A stretch of 64,000 nt of DNA from an uncultured Clostridia bacterium (GTDB lineage: Bacteria; UBA6262; WVXT01). The position numbers were made by a program, and so were the translations under genes. Location of the stretch: assembly GCA_964345635.1 (NCBI GenBank), contig CAYFRM010000075.1, positions 11,531 to 75,530 on the forward strand, given 5' to 3'. This document shows, piece after piece, positions 63,466 through 64,000 of this stretch (its first letter is position 1; every line of letters begins with the position of its first letter). A model generated the notes under the pieces. The model saw only the letters and a program-made list of their open reading frames with translations, did not search any database and was not told where the DNA came from.

Positions 63466-64000
63466 ATGAAAGGTTTAATTCTGGCTGGTGGTATTGGTAA
63501 GAGACTTCGCCCGTTGACCAACTCGCTTCCCAAAGCCTTAATCCCCGTCGCAGGAAGGCCGATGATAGAGTACAGCATTAGGGGTTTGGGAAGGGCAGGA
63601 ATTGGCCGGGTGGGTATCGTTGTTTCACCTGGCGATCAGGAAACCATTTCGGAAAGATTGGGCGACGGCGGCCAATGGAACACGCAGCTTACATATATAG
63701 AACAGGAGAAACCTTTAGGCACGGGAGATGCAGTAGCAAAGGCCAAAGGATTTGTCGGCGAAGATAACTTCTTGTTGGCTTATTGTGACCAGGTCTCTTT
63801 TTATGACTTCACAAAACTGATCGAGTCTCATCTGAAATTTCGTCCCCTGGCGACTCTCCTTATTAATAGAGAAGATAGTCCTGAGATAACAGGCCAGGTT
63901 GTCTGGGAAGGAGATTTGATTAAAAAGATAGTGGAGAAGCCAGAGGAAAAGATTTCCGATTATGGAGCAAGCGGGCTATCGATTATTGAGCCCGATATCT
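63466..64000 (+). CDS. Sugar-phosphate nucleotidyltransferase (G1P thymidylyl/M1P guanylyl-transferase-like), 3'-partial
   Basis: 'MKGLILAGGIGKRLRPLTNSLPKALIPVAGRPMIEY' canonical N-terminal signature; runs to window end. Confidence 0.8.
   Translation, partial: MKGLILAGGIGKRLRPLTNSLPKALIPVAGRPMIEYSIRGLGRAGIGRVGIVVSPGDQETISERLGDGGQWNTQLTYIEQEKPLGTGDAVAKAKGFVGEDNFLLAYCDQVSFYDFTKLIESHLKFRPLATLLINREDSPEITGQVVWEGDLIKKIVEKPEEKISDYGASGLSIIEPDI

Overview
The window is a gene-dense 64 kb chromosomal segment in which about 73 supported genes all lie on the + strand. Every long minus-strand ORF is a shadow of a + strand gene. The order of content from start to end is as follows. (1) 0.7-17 kb holds an LPS core and Kdo biosynthesis/export supercluster: an LpxL-type acyltransferase, two GT9 heptosyltransferases, an LPS kinase, several GT2 and GT4 glycosyltransferases, a Trm112/YcaR-like micro-gene, kdsB, kdsA, kdsD, kdsC and lptC, lptA, lptB. 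(2) 17-27 kb holds ptsN, hprK, rapZ and a mannose-type PTS (IIA, IIB, a GH57 glycoside hydrolase, IIC, IID), then HPr, EI and an archaeal-type PGI/PMI. (3) 27-38 kb holds housekeeping genes: HIT, rpsU, an Mpg glycosylase, Nif3, dnaG, rpoD, a class II ribonucleotide reductase, MoaD-like, a tungsten-type aldehyde:ferredoxin oxidoreductase, and an aldolase. (4) 38-52 kb holds tRNA(CAT), an Fe-type alcohol dehydrogenase, aldehyde dehydrogenase, a response regulator, Ldh_2, a lytic transglycosylase, an archaeal-like ThyA, ADP-forming acetyl-CoA synthetase, a standalone Pta N-terminal DRTGG protein, a rhomboid and an M16 peptidase. (5) 53-60 kb holds tRNA-Val(CAC), a secreted SagB-type nitroreductase, a COG1579 zinc-ribbon protein, RNase HI, RNase P RNA, a nitroreductase, and an unusual module made of a split RNase HII-like protein, a YprB-like exonuclease, a K-rich micro-ORF, an SPL-like radical SAM enzyme and a MazG-like protein. 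(6) 60-64 kb holds YhhQ, an ASKHA ATPase pair, nfo, sppA and a sugar nucleotidyltransferase. I found no transposase, integrase, phage gene or CRISPR array. The most striking non-genic signal is three families of short, structured intergenic repeats. Family A is a composite palindromic element. Family B is a hairpin whose loop is inverted between copies and which has an apparent empty site. Family C is a GGGGACAGG(C)TAC motif embedded in A/T runs, solo or as inverted pairs. All sit at gene boundaries and share sub-modules. Coordinates of alternative start codons were chosen by RBS and spacing and are approximate. I ran no database searches or fold predictions.
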